Part shown: positions 13,953 to 26,163 of the stretch, one piece after another
Position numbering within the stretch: the first letter of the stretch is position 1
Layout: every line of letters begins with the position of its first letter
Source: Antedon mediterranea
Taxonomy: Eukaryota > Animalia > Echinodermata
Assembly (NCBI RefSeq): GCF_964355755.1
Contig: NC_092675.1
Span: 15,534,912 to 15,598,911, forward strand
Length of the DNA: 64,000 nucleotides
Reading direction: 5' to 3'
Position numbers and translations under genes: made by a program
The notes under the pieces: model-generated
Told to the model about the DNA's origin: nothing
What the model saw: only the letters and a program-made list of their open reading frames with translations
The model's database searches: none

Positions 13953-14546
13953 AGCTCAGGTACAGGCATGAATTTTAAATATAATATCTGGTTAATTGTA
14001 CATAAATCAAGTATTTGTAAAAGGAATCAAGACGAAAAAACATAAATTTCCCTTAAAATGGTCAAATACAAAATTTTGCAAAATTCTGCTATAAAAACCA
14101 GGAAGACTTTTTTTCAGTAGTTAGGTAGTTAACCTAATGTAATAACATGTATGGTGACTCCCTAGAAGGTGAAAAAAGATGGTGGATATACGGTGGATAA
14201 TTTTTGCTATAGCATGAAAATAAAAATCTGAAGTTGAATAAAAATACCAGAAATGTAATATTCAAGTTATATTACCTATATTTAGTCATCTGATAACATT
14301 TTTTACCACACCGTTTGTTTTTCATAGCTTTTTAAAATGCCTCTCTATTTACAAAATTTGTGTACAAAAGAATAGAGATTTTACTGTGTAATTTGAACTA
14401 TCCCCCCACTGATAAGAAAGTGCTTGTTTTCTACAAGCTCGTGTAACACAAATAAAATCCCAAAAATTATGAAACATAGGGGAAACTATAGATCGATAAT
14501 TATTGGAATGTATGATCAATGGAAATTTTTTGCCCGCACCTGGCCT
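13953..14546. mobile_element. Kolobok-type MITE
   Basis: TTAA-AGCTCAGGTACAGGCA...TGCCCGCACCTGGCCT-TTAA imperfect TIRs; left TTAA is shared with the piggyBac element. Confidence 0.65.
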
Positions 14547-15639
14547 TTAATGTAATGGCAAACCAATAAAATGTTCAAAAATTGACTAGCTAATTAATAT
14601 GCATAATTGCTGTAACTTTAGTATACAATATTCAATAATAAAGAAACTTGGCACAGTTTATGTCTGCATACAGTATGTCTTTATTGTAAATACAATTTCA
14701 AGGTAACAGGTACAAGATTATTCAAATTAGCTAATTAATATGTATCTTTATATGCAAAAAGCCTCATTAAATATGCATAAATGATGTAATTAACTGGAAA
14801 ATTCAATGACACATGACCATCTTGGTATAAACATTATATATTTATAAAGTGTAATCTAATATAGTTATTAACATTTTTGTTAAACTAATATATGGAAAAA
14901 AATATGCTTGTTTTATGAAAATATTTAGGCCTTGGCCCAGGGCCTAGGCTAATCAATTAATTAAATACTAGGCCTAGCCTATAGGCCAATGTATGTATAT
15001 TAACTGAAAAACGTAATGGATAGCCTAGGCCTAGCAAACTTTTTGTAAAACAATTAAATATTAATAATAATTAAAATAAACAACAGTAAAACAGTATCAC
15101 CAATTAAACATCAACCATGACTTTTTTTTAATTCTATCCAGCGTATAGTTGCCCGTGCAAACTCCTCGCTGTCCAATGCGATCCACGCTACTACTTGCAC
15201 TGCGCAGCCTGTGGCGATCTTTTGAAATAACGAAAATGGTCCAACTTCCTAAGTTCGAAGGTTGTCAGCATCAAACCGGAAACCGTCAAAATAAAAAGGT
15301 TATAGGGGTGTCTGATGCTGTAAAAACATCAAATTTCCTGCGGGCGTATCAAGTCTAACGGCACACGCTATTGAGTATGATGTTTTAAAATCATTCGTTA
15401 ATGCTTTATTTGTTGCTCAAAACAATCAAAATATATACAAAAATGAAGATGAATTTTATTGTTGTCTAATTTATTTTCACATTTGAACAATATTATGTTT
15501 GACAAATGCCATTCCAAACTCAACATTGATAAAAAAAAATCCATGCTGTGTACGTTTTTACGGTTGTGCGTACAATTGGCTGACGATTCTGTATTCGCGA
15601 GTGCTATGCCTATAATATTATTGTGTAAAATTGCACATA

Positions 15640-16350
15640 TATTATATTATTACTGTCTTTCCGCTGAAAAGTCTGCCGACATTTCCGCTTGGGCTGCTCC
15701 GTAAATCTCTTTTACTAGTTTCTTCCAGTCTGATCTTTCATTGGCTAGTTCTTTAAGTTGTTTCATGTCTTTCTTGGTTTTCAATTGTCCGGGATACTTA
15801 ATGTCTGTATTATGCTTATAAAGGGTGAGTAGGTCGTTGCTGAGAGTTATTGGTAGGGTGGTTCTCGGTCTTCCTCGAAATTTTATATTGGTAGTGTTGC
15901 TGAAATAATAAATAGCTTATTGCTGTGTTGGCTGGTGTACATGGGTCTTGTCTAAGTATGTGACCCAATAGTCTCCATCTTGCGTCAACTATTTCTAATG
16001 AAATCGGTTTTGTTCCTGTCCTTCTGTATAAATTTATGTTCGATATCCTGTCTGGGAACCTGATACCTATGATTTTGCGAAGTTGCTGTCTGTGAAATGT
16101 GTCGAGTTTATGTGCTTCTTCTTTTGTGAGTCCCCATGTTTCAGAGTTGTAGAGTAATATACTTTTAACTAGTGAGTTGTACAGCTTGATACGTATTTTT
16201 AATTTGATTTTATGTTTTCGAAGCCACATCGAGTTTAGTTTGGTCATTGCTACACGCGCTAGTTGTTTTCTTCTAATTATGTCTTGTCTGTCCCCGGCCC
16301 AAGGAGCGATCCTACTTTTTTCGTGTTTCTCCATTGTTCTTGTATGTCTT
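15640..16350 (-). mobile_element. RTE-clade LINE 3' fragment
   Basis: ORF 15816-16385: RIKLYNSLVKSILLYNSETW...LDTFHRQQLRKIIGI...WRLLGHILR, typical of the RTE ORF C-terminus; 5'-truncated. Confidence 0.85.
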
Positions 16351-16525
16351 CTTTTTCTCGTTTTACCCAAAATTGCACATGCCACAGGTAATACATTTTT
16401 ACATTACCATGATTTAATAGCTGGACATTTTCCAGCAGATAGATTTTTGTTTTATGAAAATTAATGAAGAGGTTGATTTAAAAACAAATATATTACACCA
16501 TTTTACTCATGGAGTTTATACTCAC

Positions 16526-16623
16526 CCTTTTTTTCTAATGCTACAAAGAATTCAGCAATGTTTCCAATAATGTCTTCATCTTCAAGTATCTTATCCAAAT
16601 TTCCTGCTACTTGCCTTGCATTT
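16526..16623 (-). CDS. SETD9: SETD9-like coding exon 2
   Basis: (R)NARQVAGNLDKILEDEDIIGNIAEFFVALEKK(G) resembles SETD9 DKVISDEDVLGTLLKVFQAL; tattatag acceptor, gtgagt donor; phase 2 in, phase 1 out. Confidence 0.85.
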
Positions 16624-16703
16624 CTATAATAATAAGTTGAATACATTAAAACTAAAACAAAAATCAATAGTATTTAATAGGCCTAGCCCTGGAGTTATCA
16701 ATC

Positions 16704-17579
16704 GGGTGTGTAGAAAGCGACGACCTCGAATTGGACGACCCGGGCAACCTCGAATTGGACGACCCATAACACGAAACCGACGACCCCTATAGCCTAGCCT
16801 AGGTCTAAGTGTGGTATAACATCGCGAAGCCGAATATACTGTAGCCAAAGATCTTTAAACCATACCTATAATACTCGCAAACAAGCAATTGATTGAAAAA
16901 ATATAGAAATATCGTCATTTGATACTGAATGTGTCGACACGAACAAACGAACAGATATGGAACGCCAAGAGTGCATCAATAAAACTGCATTCGACTCGAT
17001 TAGCACACAAAATATCATAAACATGGCAAACCAGGTCAAAACGGCCCCTTTTTCAGCGGCGGGTAAGGTTTGACCGTATACAATGCATGTGTGAAATGTA
17101 CAGTAAGCTTTCTTATGGCCCTCCCCATGCACATGTTCGCAACACGCTGCTTGATAGGCCTATAGTGTTCGTTATAAGAAGACGAGATGTAATTATACGT
17201 CTATGGTTTAACCATGTCATGTATAATATTTATTTCTTTTTAATTTATTTTTAATATGTCGAATGCAGTTTTAATGATGCACTCTTGGCGTTCCATATCT
17301 GTTCGTTTGTTCGTGTCGACACATTCAATAGTATCAAATGGCGATATTTCTGTATTTTTTCAATCAATTGCTTGCTTGCGAGTATTATATAAGGTATGGT
17401 TTAAAGATCTTTGGCTATGTTCGGCTTTGGGATGTTATACCACACTTAGGCCTAGGCTAGGCTAGGATATAGGGGTAGTCGGTTTCGTGTTATGGGTTGT
17501 CCAATTCTAGGTCGTCCAATTTGAGGTCGCCCAGGTCGTTGGGGTCGTCCAATTCGAGGTCGTCGCTTTCTACACACCC
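16704..17579. mobile_element. MULE-type foldback MITE
   Basis: About 290-bp inverted arms starting GGGTGTGTAGAAAGCGACGACC; 10-bp TSD GTTATCAATC/GCTATCAATC (1 mismatch). Confidence 0.8.
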
Positions 17580-17679
17580 GCTATCAATCACCATCACAGC
17601 CGTGCAGTGTGAATGTTTTTTAAATTTTTACATTTAAAAAAAAATGTATTTATTTATTTATTTCTTTATTCGAATTCAC

Positions 17680-17981
17680 AAAATAACACTACATATAAAA
17701 TACAAAGAATGAAATCAGGGTAACACAAAAAAGTAACCAAAGGTCGAACTTATTTCCATTTTTGTGGCCCTAAGGATGAAAACACGTCCTAAGTTAAGAA
17801 TAAACATTTTTTACAATAAACTATAACAGTTAACACTAGAAGTAACAATATATATATATATATATATAAATTATTATCTTTCAGGCATAACCTCTTTGAG
17901 ATGTTTTCTGATATTTCTTTTGAATTGATTGATGGTTTCTGAACCCTGTATCAATTTTGGCAGGTGATTCCATGATGTTAT
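17680..17981 (-). mobile_element. L2/CR1-type LINE 3' tail split by the ISL2EU element
   Basis: Minus-strand ITSWNHLP...INQFKRNIRKHL appears to continue from TILYR at about 21665-21685 on the other side of the insertion. Confidence 0.5.
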
Positions 17982-18097
17982 AGGGTGACTTCAAAATGTC
18001 ACGGGTCAATGATTTTCCGCTCGAGTTGCTTCTGGTAGACAAACAAACTCCGAGTACAGCGTGGTCAGTGTGTTTACTGTGTGTTTACGTATAGAAA

Positions 18098-18433
18098 ATG
18101 GCAGTCAGCACCGCTAGTTCGTCGTTGCCAAACATGGTTTTATCAGCAATAACTGATAATTTATCAACAACTGAACGTCGAAGATATCTTCAGAAAATAT
18201 CAGGTATCGGTAAAGACCCATATTTGATCGATAAAGATGAATTTTCGCACGAAATCGACAGTCTGCCGGACCTCACATCGATGGATATCATGGCATACTT
18301 AATCGCTACGCCAAGCCCATACACAGCTGAAAATTTTCAAGCCTACAAATCTAAAGAGGCTTACAATCAATTTGCTAATGGATTTCTGTCGGATATGAAA
18401 AAAAAAGGAAAAACAAAAAAAACAGCTTTGTAA
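18098..18433 (+). pseudogene. Truncated ISL2EU accessory ORF (N-terminus of the SWIM/YqaJ-exonuclease-type protein)
   Basis: RYLQKISGIGKDPY...LPDLTSMDIMAYLI...YKSKEAYNQFANG matches the typical N-terminus of this family; ends abruptly in an A-run. Confidence 0.7.
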
Positions 18434-18836
18434 TGCAGCCGGACATTGTCTGAAGGTCCGAAGCCCTCGTAAATGCAGACGGCAAAGCTGTTTATTAAAT
18501 ATTAAATACGCTGCTAAACTTGTGTGGGACTTGTGTATATTTTTGTCAAGTGAAGTATTTGTATAAATAAAATACTATTGTTGTAAAAGTGAAAATTGTA
18601 TCATTTATTGTGTAATTGACACATACAACATATACAGAATACAAGTCATTTAACAGAAAGAAATAGACCATTCAAAACTTTTAATTCAATTTTATTTTTA
18701 TTACAGTATTTCATAAACAAAGCTTTTCATCTTCATTATAAGGGCTTCAGACCTTCAAACATGAAAATGCATGTTATTGTTAGGCTGCATATAAAAAGCT
18801 ATTTCTTTTTAACTGAACATTAGAACACTAAACGAG

Positions 18837-21502
18837 TCAACCACTTCTAACAATGGCAGGACATAAATTAAACAATGCACAGCATGTTCTGGCAATCTTG
18901 TCAACCTTAGGTATGCCTGTACTGTCTGTTGTCATGTACTCAATTGGTAATGTTGAACTTAAAATTGAGTACTTTTGACGGACACCACCGATGACCCTCT
19001 CCATATGAATTCGTAAATGAGCAATTTTTCTTGTGGTTTCCACCTCAAGAGCAGACAGCTGTTGTTTTCCCTTCTTAAAAGCAGGAATCTTTGCTTCGCA
19101 ACCATAAAACCCAGCATCATCTTTTATGTCAAAACCTCGGTCGGCAAGGATGACATCCCCAGGTAGCAGATAATCAAAAAAATCTGATGTCAATGTTATG
19201 GTCTTATCTGTACCACAGCCTTCCAATGCTGCAGACAAATATGAAATTGACCCGCATGGAGTGCAGCCAATTAAAAACTTTACTGTATTGTGGTGCTTGT
19301 AGTTGGAAAACAGTTGTGCCCTCGCTTCAAGACTTGAGGGCCACTCGCAAAAAACCTCAAAACAGTCAATTATTACTGCTACCTTCGACTCCAATGCAAT
19401 TCGAAATTGCATTGGCATGGTTTTCCACAACACCGGTACAAATCGGTACGCAATGTCCTGATCTCTAAGGTTCAGTCTAAGTTTGAACAGTACAATTAGT
19501 AACTGCTGAAATCGACTTACTGATGTTCTACTCAGGAATCTGCTTTTAACTAGTTCAAAAACCAACATCAATACTGCAAATGAAGGCAACCCTGTGTAGA
19601 AATGAGTTCGCTCATTGTTATTTTTAAAAGTTAACTCTGTTATTGGCGACTCCTGTAACAAGGCCTGTGACTGGGCCTGTAAGACATCTATGTCAGCACA
19701 ACACATATGTGTCTGTGTTGACATATCCACACCAAACTCTACTGTTTGAGTCGCTCGTTCTACAGGAGAAACATCTTCCATATTAGCCTCACCTAATTGG
19801 AGATCTAACGAACCTTCCACAGCAATACATTTCTTTTTTTCCAGTTCTCTTTTTTGTGACCTTTCGTATCGCTCCTTATCACGTTTTGCGGTGTGATCAT
19901 CCAGGTCCAACCTGCCCATGTCTTGAGTTGGAGCCCAATCAGGATGGGCTTGCTCAGCAAGTGGTGCAGGCTTGCCTAAAAGAAATATGTATACATGTTA
20001 AATACAGTATATAGACGTAATATAGCAATTTTTGGGTTTAATAAAAAATATTCAATTCGGTGGTTATAAATACATTTTGACAACACCCTGTATGTACAGA
20101 CTTCTATTAATACCTATGATATGCATAACCACCTATGATTAACTATGGTATAGTAATCAATTCACAGCATGAAGGCCTGCCAGCCCAGCATGGAATGGAT
20201 GATATCAACTGAGTTAATTAATGCACATGCATCCTCCATCCTAATTATAGATAGCATAGGCCTACTCGTAAACAATGTAAATTGTGTGAAACTATATCAA
20301 ATATATGTATATAAATATACTAGTCTAGGTTAACATACAATACTCAACAATGTTGAAAATCAATACATACCTCCAATAAAATGTTTAGAACATACACGAT
20401 AATTTTCGATTTTGTTAACATTTATGTCCTCTCTATGAATGTTGGCTAGCCAGACCCTCTGCCTTTTGGCCTTTATTTCTTGCTTTTCAGCACCATGTAG
20501 CTGTCACACCAAAATCAGTCCGGGCCAAAATCGGTCCGGTGGAACAGTTTTGGCTGCCAAAATCAGTCCGGGGGACCATTTATGGCTGCCAAAACCTGTC
20601 CGGCCGGACCAATTTTGGCCGCCAAAACTGGTCCGGCCTGGATAAAATCGGTCCGGGCAGTAGGACTGTTTTTGGCCGCCAAATATGGTCCGGTCTTACA
20701 AATATATGGTGTGCAAAATTAGTCATAATGTATACCGGTATATCATTAAAAAAAGGCCATGATTAGTCATTATATTGAAAACTATGGGGTTTTATTTGTT
20801 ATTTTAATATTATAAATTAAGCCTGTTTTTTTTATTATCATTATTAGTAGTAACTCATCAATAATTAGTACTAATTGTTAGGCTTTTTGTATACAATATG
20901 TATCTCTGCCTGTTTTTAATCCATTTTGTTCTTTTTTAACATCTTCGTTTCCCCATGATGTTAAAAACAATTTAATTTATTAATTATTTATGGTTATTCA
21001 ATCAATATATCAATTCAATACAATTATTATAAAACAATTATCCAATATTGATTAGGCTGAGGAAGGAAAAAGGCCTCAATCATAAATAAAATCTAGCTGG
21101 CAATATCAGCGTCTCATACCCGTTCATGTGAGTGTGTGGCAGGCCGAAATATGAGTGAACACCTAACTAAGTCATGTTTTTAGATAAAATACATTTATTT
21201 ATAGTATTTATCCGACAAGATAACTTACTAATATATATCATGGAATATTTTTCTAGCCATAAACAACTTAAAACAGCATCATAGGCCTAGTAATTCAATT
21301 AAAATCGACAGAAGAAAAGCCCGGACCGATTTTGGCAGTGGCGGACTGCTTTTGGCCACAATTTTAGAGCCCAAACTGATTTTGGCCCCGGACCATATTT
21401 ATCGTGACATAGCCTTGAAACTTTAGGAATTCTAAAAAAAGAAATTCCTACATCTCTGTTTGAACGACTACCACAATCTTTCACTGCACAGAAACTTGGC
21501 AT
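18837..21502 (-). pseudogene. THAP + HTH + DDE_Tnp_4 transposase (disrupted)
   Basis: Exon 1 21502-20371 (CAVKDC...W...CSKHF, interrupted by the Ginger MITE), intron 20370-19976, exon 2 19975-18837 (PDWAPT, FYTGLP, IIDCFE, LADRGF, RIHMERVIG); apparent internal deletion after QDIAYRF. Confidence 0.85.
20502..21409. mobile_element. Ginger-type MITE
   Basis: TGTCAC...GTGACA termini, 4-bp TSD TAGC (20498-20501 and 21410-21413), TIRs built of GGTCCG/CGGACC repeats. Confidence 0.75.
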
Positions 21503-24500
21503 TACTCAAAAATAATATACAATTGAAGAGCAAATAATACACGTAATCACTGTGTATAACACCATGTGTGAGCATACTGGAGGTTGTTTGTCTACCAGGA
21601 GCATTGGAGCGTAGCGAGGTCAACTTTTATAACCTTTTGACCTCATATGCAATCACCCTCTCCTCCTATATAGGATGGTCTATAAATTGGCTAGCCTATC
21701 TATGATCAAAGAATATATATCACAAGAATGAGTAATCCGTGATTTTCCCTGTAACAGTAATATTGTCCATGTGGTAGGGCGCCGCCATAAGTGTGGATGT
21801 ATCTGGGATGTATACAACTTTTTGTGAAGGTTTCACTAATCAAATGCTGGACCACCGGAGTATTTTCCGATGATAAAAATGTTATCAACTACATGCCAAC
21901 ATCATGTTAAATACTATTTGAATATTTAATTGTTCGTTTTATGCAATTTATTTAGTAAAAACTGCCGTATATAAACAGTTTGATTTATCAACAGGGCGCT
22001 ACGATAGCGTGACCGGGCGTGTTGGTGTTTACGCGTTTTCACGAAGGATAGTTTAATAATATTCCTATATTTAACTTGTTTCTGGTAAAACAAATAAATG
22101 TTAATGACATTTAACATTTCTCCTATTAATAATAATTAATAATGTGTTTTATACTAATTTATATCATAAAAACAATACTTAATTTACACGGCAATGGTAA
22201 AGAATAGGCCGTGCTGAGTAATATTCGTTGATTTTTGGTGTTGCTGTGTTAGGCCTTTTTTGTGAACTAACTTAGCATGTTAGTAAATAATTGTCTGTAA
22301 AAGTGAATAAACACTAGTTTGTTAATAAATATGTATTATAAAATAGTTTACAATTGCAAAAACTATCATCATAATTCTATTTAATGTGACATGTATCATC
22401 TCTATTAAATCAAGTCTTATTTAGTATGTATACATCCGCCCTTATGAGGGCGAGCATCACTCACTGGAGCTCTCTGTTACAAATTTCTCATGCAAAAATC
22501 GCGGAATACTCATTCTTGTGGGGTGTCACGAAAGCTCAGACCACGAAAGCTCAGACCCCCTAAGACCTAAGATCACGAAAGCTAAGACCCAACACCTAAG
22601 ATTAAAAATATTTATCTTTCGCACCTGCCTTGTATTTTAACTCCCAACATTTTTATTCTGAATACCACACCTTAGAATTGGCACTTTCATGAAAAAGAAT
22701 CACATAAAAAGTAACAAATACATTTTTAAATTGATGATTTTACAGACGTTTTTCTCGCACACAAAATGACTAGCCTACAGTACAGTACCCCATGGGCCAT
22801 GTTCAATGTTTTTGTTTCTATGGAACGTCAAAAGAGCAAAAATTATATAGAGGGCTGAAAACTCCGTGGAGTCCATCTACAGTGTGGATGGAACAATGTA
22901 AAATTAAAATTGTTATGATAATAGTATAATCATGCAAGTACGAAGAAATAAATACTGGCAAATAAATTTTAATTTAAAAATCATGATAAGTTTTTTTGTT
23001 TCGTTTTCTTTCTGTTTTTATACTTGTACTATTATTGTTGCTCTTTTGGCGCTCCATAGAAACAAAAACATTGAGCATGGGGAGCTCGAGGAGTTACATT
23101 GTCATTACAGTATACAAAGAAACACATCTGTAAAATCATCAATTTAAAGGATTTATTTATTTGTTATTATGTGTTTCTCCTTCTGAAAGTACTTATAAGT
23201 CCTAATTTTAAAGTGTGGTGTTCAGGATAAAGTTAGTCAACAAATTTGGAGTCAAAATACAAGAAAGGCAGGTGCGTAAGAAAAACATCCTCTGAAGCAA
23301 CACAATGGAGTAAATATATACCAACAAACAACCCGTCAAGTTTGTTTGTTGTAAAGAAAAAATATACATTTACTCAACGGGCGAAAATAATGTGAGTTTA
23401 TCTTTGTTTTTCGGTAGTATTAAATTATATTTATGGTAATAAATGAAACCTACTGTGTTTAAAATTATGTATGGATAAACAAGTATTGTTTTTAAGCTGT
23501 AGTATATCTTAGTATTTGTAATCTTAGGTGTTGGGTCTTAGCTTTCGTGATCTTAGGTCTTAGGGGGTCTGAGCTTTCGTGGTCTGAGCTTTCGTGACAC
23601 CCATTAGGCGCAGGAGCCCCGGATAGCGTTACGTTTGAAAACCCCAAAAAGTGAGGTTTTCAACCATTAGCGGCATGACTGATGTGAGTGATTAATGTGT
23701 TTTACGGATGGTTTCAAGGACTATCCTACCAGTGGGCTGTTCACTGGTCAAATGATTGACACTTTGTATCACCGTTTGTAACTGGAGCTGTGACGACCTT
23801 TGTAACTGGAGCTGTGACAACCTTGCAAGAATACTAGGCCAGAATTTTTAATTGAAAAGTGCCTTGGTATATGGTATTAACAATAACATGGAGATGGAAC
23901 AAATTTGTCTATCTTTCTTTCTAAAATAAATGGTCACTATAGTTTCAAACTAGGCTTAGTCCACCACATTAGTAATTACGAATCGAAACCTAAATTAAAA
24001 TTGTTGGTATTCTTTGGCCATTGTTTGATTAATTACATCTTCATGCCATGTTTTTTTTTCTCTAATGATTTGGCGATACGCTCCTATATTAATTAGGCCT
24101 ACTAGCAGAGGGTTCGATGAGTTTTGAAAAGTTATGGAAATGTGGTCTAACATATAGCAATTCAGTTTTTTAAGGCCCTTCTTCCTTGTCCGAGCCTTTG
24201 GAAATATTAAAAAGTTATATTAATATAATATATTCTGTGTTTTCATGTTTTGAGAAATTGTATATCATTTCAGATGTTTCGCGCTGCGCTTTTATTTGTT
24301 TCGCGCTTCGTCTTGTTCGAGCTTCCTCCGTACATACCGATAATTAATATGATTTTTCATTTCATTTTTTGTACATTATTAAAAAATAGCATACAGAACC
24401 CCATACAGAACATACCCTTCTCTGAGAAAACACTTGTGGGCGATTCCCCGAATACGGCATGATGGAATAGCTTTGGAGACTTTGACTTTGGAGTAGGCCT

Positions 24501-24599
24501 AAATCGAAAAACGTCAAGCAACTCAACAGTTCTTTTCAGAACTAATATAGGCCTACGTGGTGTACCGCAAATTTATATCAACAAATATGTAACTTGTTT

Positions 24600-25970
24600 A
24601 GCACGTTTAAAATGGATAGCAAAACATATTAAAAAAAAAACCTGAATTATTTCAAACAGACAGCACATTAGTTCAAACGGATAGCACAATAGATAGCTCA
24701 ATCAAATGGATATAACTATGATATAACTGTACTGTGCATTCTATACGGATTATCGGGTAGCACATTCTTTCAAATGGATAGCACATTCTTTCAAATGGAT
24801 AGCACATTATTTCAAATGGATAGCACATTAGGTAGCACAATCAAATGGATATAGTACTGTACATTATTCTATGATTATCGGGTAGCACATTCTTTCAAAT
24901 GGATAGCACATTAGGCCTATTTCAAATGGATAGCACATTCTTTCAAATGGATAGCACATTATTTCAAATGGATAGCACATTATTTCAAATGGATAGCACA
25001 TTGGGTAGCACAATCAAATAGATATAGTAATGTACATTATTCTATAAGGATTATCGGGTAGCACAATATTTCAAATGGATAGCAAATTATTTCAAATGGA
25101 TAGCACATTCTTTCAAATGGATAGCACATTATTTCAAATGGATAGCACATTATTTCAAATGGATAGCACATTAGGTAGCACAATCAAATGGATGTAATTG
25201 TACTGTACATTATTCTATACGGATTATCGGGTAGCACATTCTTTCAAATAGCACATAATTTCAAATGGATAGCACATTATTTCAAATGGATAGCACATTG
25301 GGTAGCACAATCAAATGGATATAGTACTGTACATTATTCTATAAGGATTATCGGGTAGCACATTATTTCAAATGGATAGCACATTAGGTAGCACAATCAA
25401 ATGGATATAATTGTACTGTACATTATTCTATAGCCTACGGATTATCGGGTAGCACATTCTTTCAAATGGATAGCACATTAGGTAGAACAGTCAAATGGAT
25501 ATAGTACTGTACTTTATTCTATAAGGATTATCGGGTAGCACATTCTTTCAAATGGATAGCACATTAGGTAGCACAATCAAATGGATATAGTACTGTACAT
25601 TATTCTATACGGATTATCGGGTAGCACATTCTTTCAAATGGATAGCACATTCTTTCAAATGGATAGCACATTGGGTAGCACAATCAAATGGATATAGTAC
25701 TGTACTGTACATTATTCTATACGGATTATCGGGTAGCACATTCTTTCAAATGGATAGCACATTCTTTCAAATGGATAGCACATTATTTCAAATGGATAGC
25801 ACATTAGGTAGCACAATCAAATGAATATATGTAATTGTACTGTACATAATTCTATACGGATTATCGGGTAGCACATTCTTTCAAATGGATAGCAAATTAT
25901 TTCAAATGGATAGCATGGATTTGGGTAGCACAATCAAATTGAGCAGATTGGGTAACACATTGCATCAAAT
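24600..25970. repeat. 21-bp satellite with higher-order structure
   Basis: TTCAAATGGATAGCACATT(A/C)T units interspersed with a recurring longer block (GGTAGCACAATCAAATGGATATAGTACTGTACATTATTCTATACGGATTATCGGG). Confidence 0.95.
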
Positions 25971-25997
25971 GGGAGCCTACTGTACAGTTATTCTATT

Positions 25998-26163
25998 GAA
26001 TTGAATTGAAATATATATTTATACTGGGTAATCTCTTCAGTCAAAGACTGGTCTCCCAGAGGGCCCAGTTGGTGATCAGTGGCTGTGATAATACACCGGG
26101 GTAACCCCCCACTCGTCTCGAAAGATGTACTAGGTTCTTTAAAGTACACACGAGCTAGATGTG
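25998..26163 (-). mobile_element. 5'-truncated Deu/Nin-domain-like SINE
   Basis: Minus strand GTGTACTTTAAAGAACC...TTTCGAGACGAGTGGGGGGTTACCCCGGTG resembles the Nin/Deu core; (TTCAA)n tail; flanking TATTCTATT duplication. Confidence 0.6.

Larger units (their letters stand above)
17982..21659. mobile_element. ISL2EU-type (PIF/Harbinger-related) DNA transposon with two convergent ORFs, internally deleted
   Basis: Short TIR AGGGTGA(C/T)T(T/G)CA and subterminal inverted CTGGTAGACAAACAA.CTCC; THAP-DDE transposase on minus, accessory ORF on plus. Confidence 0.8.

Noticed and set aside
24600-25970. CRISPR-like repeat/spacer appearance
   Set aside because: The intervening blocks are themselves repeated rather than unique spacers, there are no cas genes, and the context is eukaryotic
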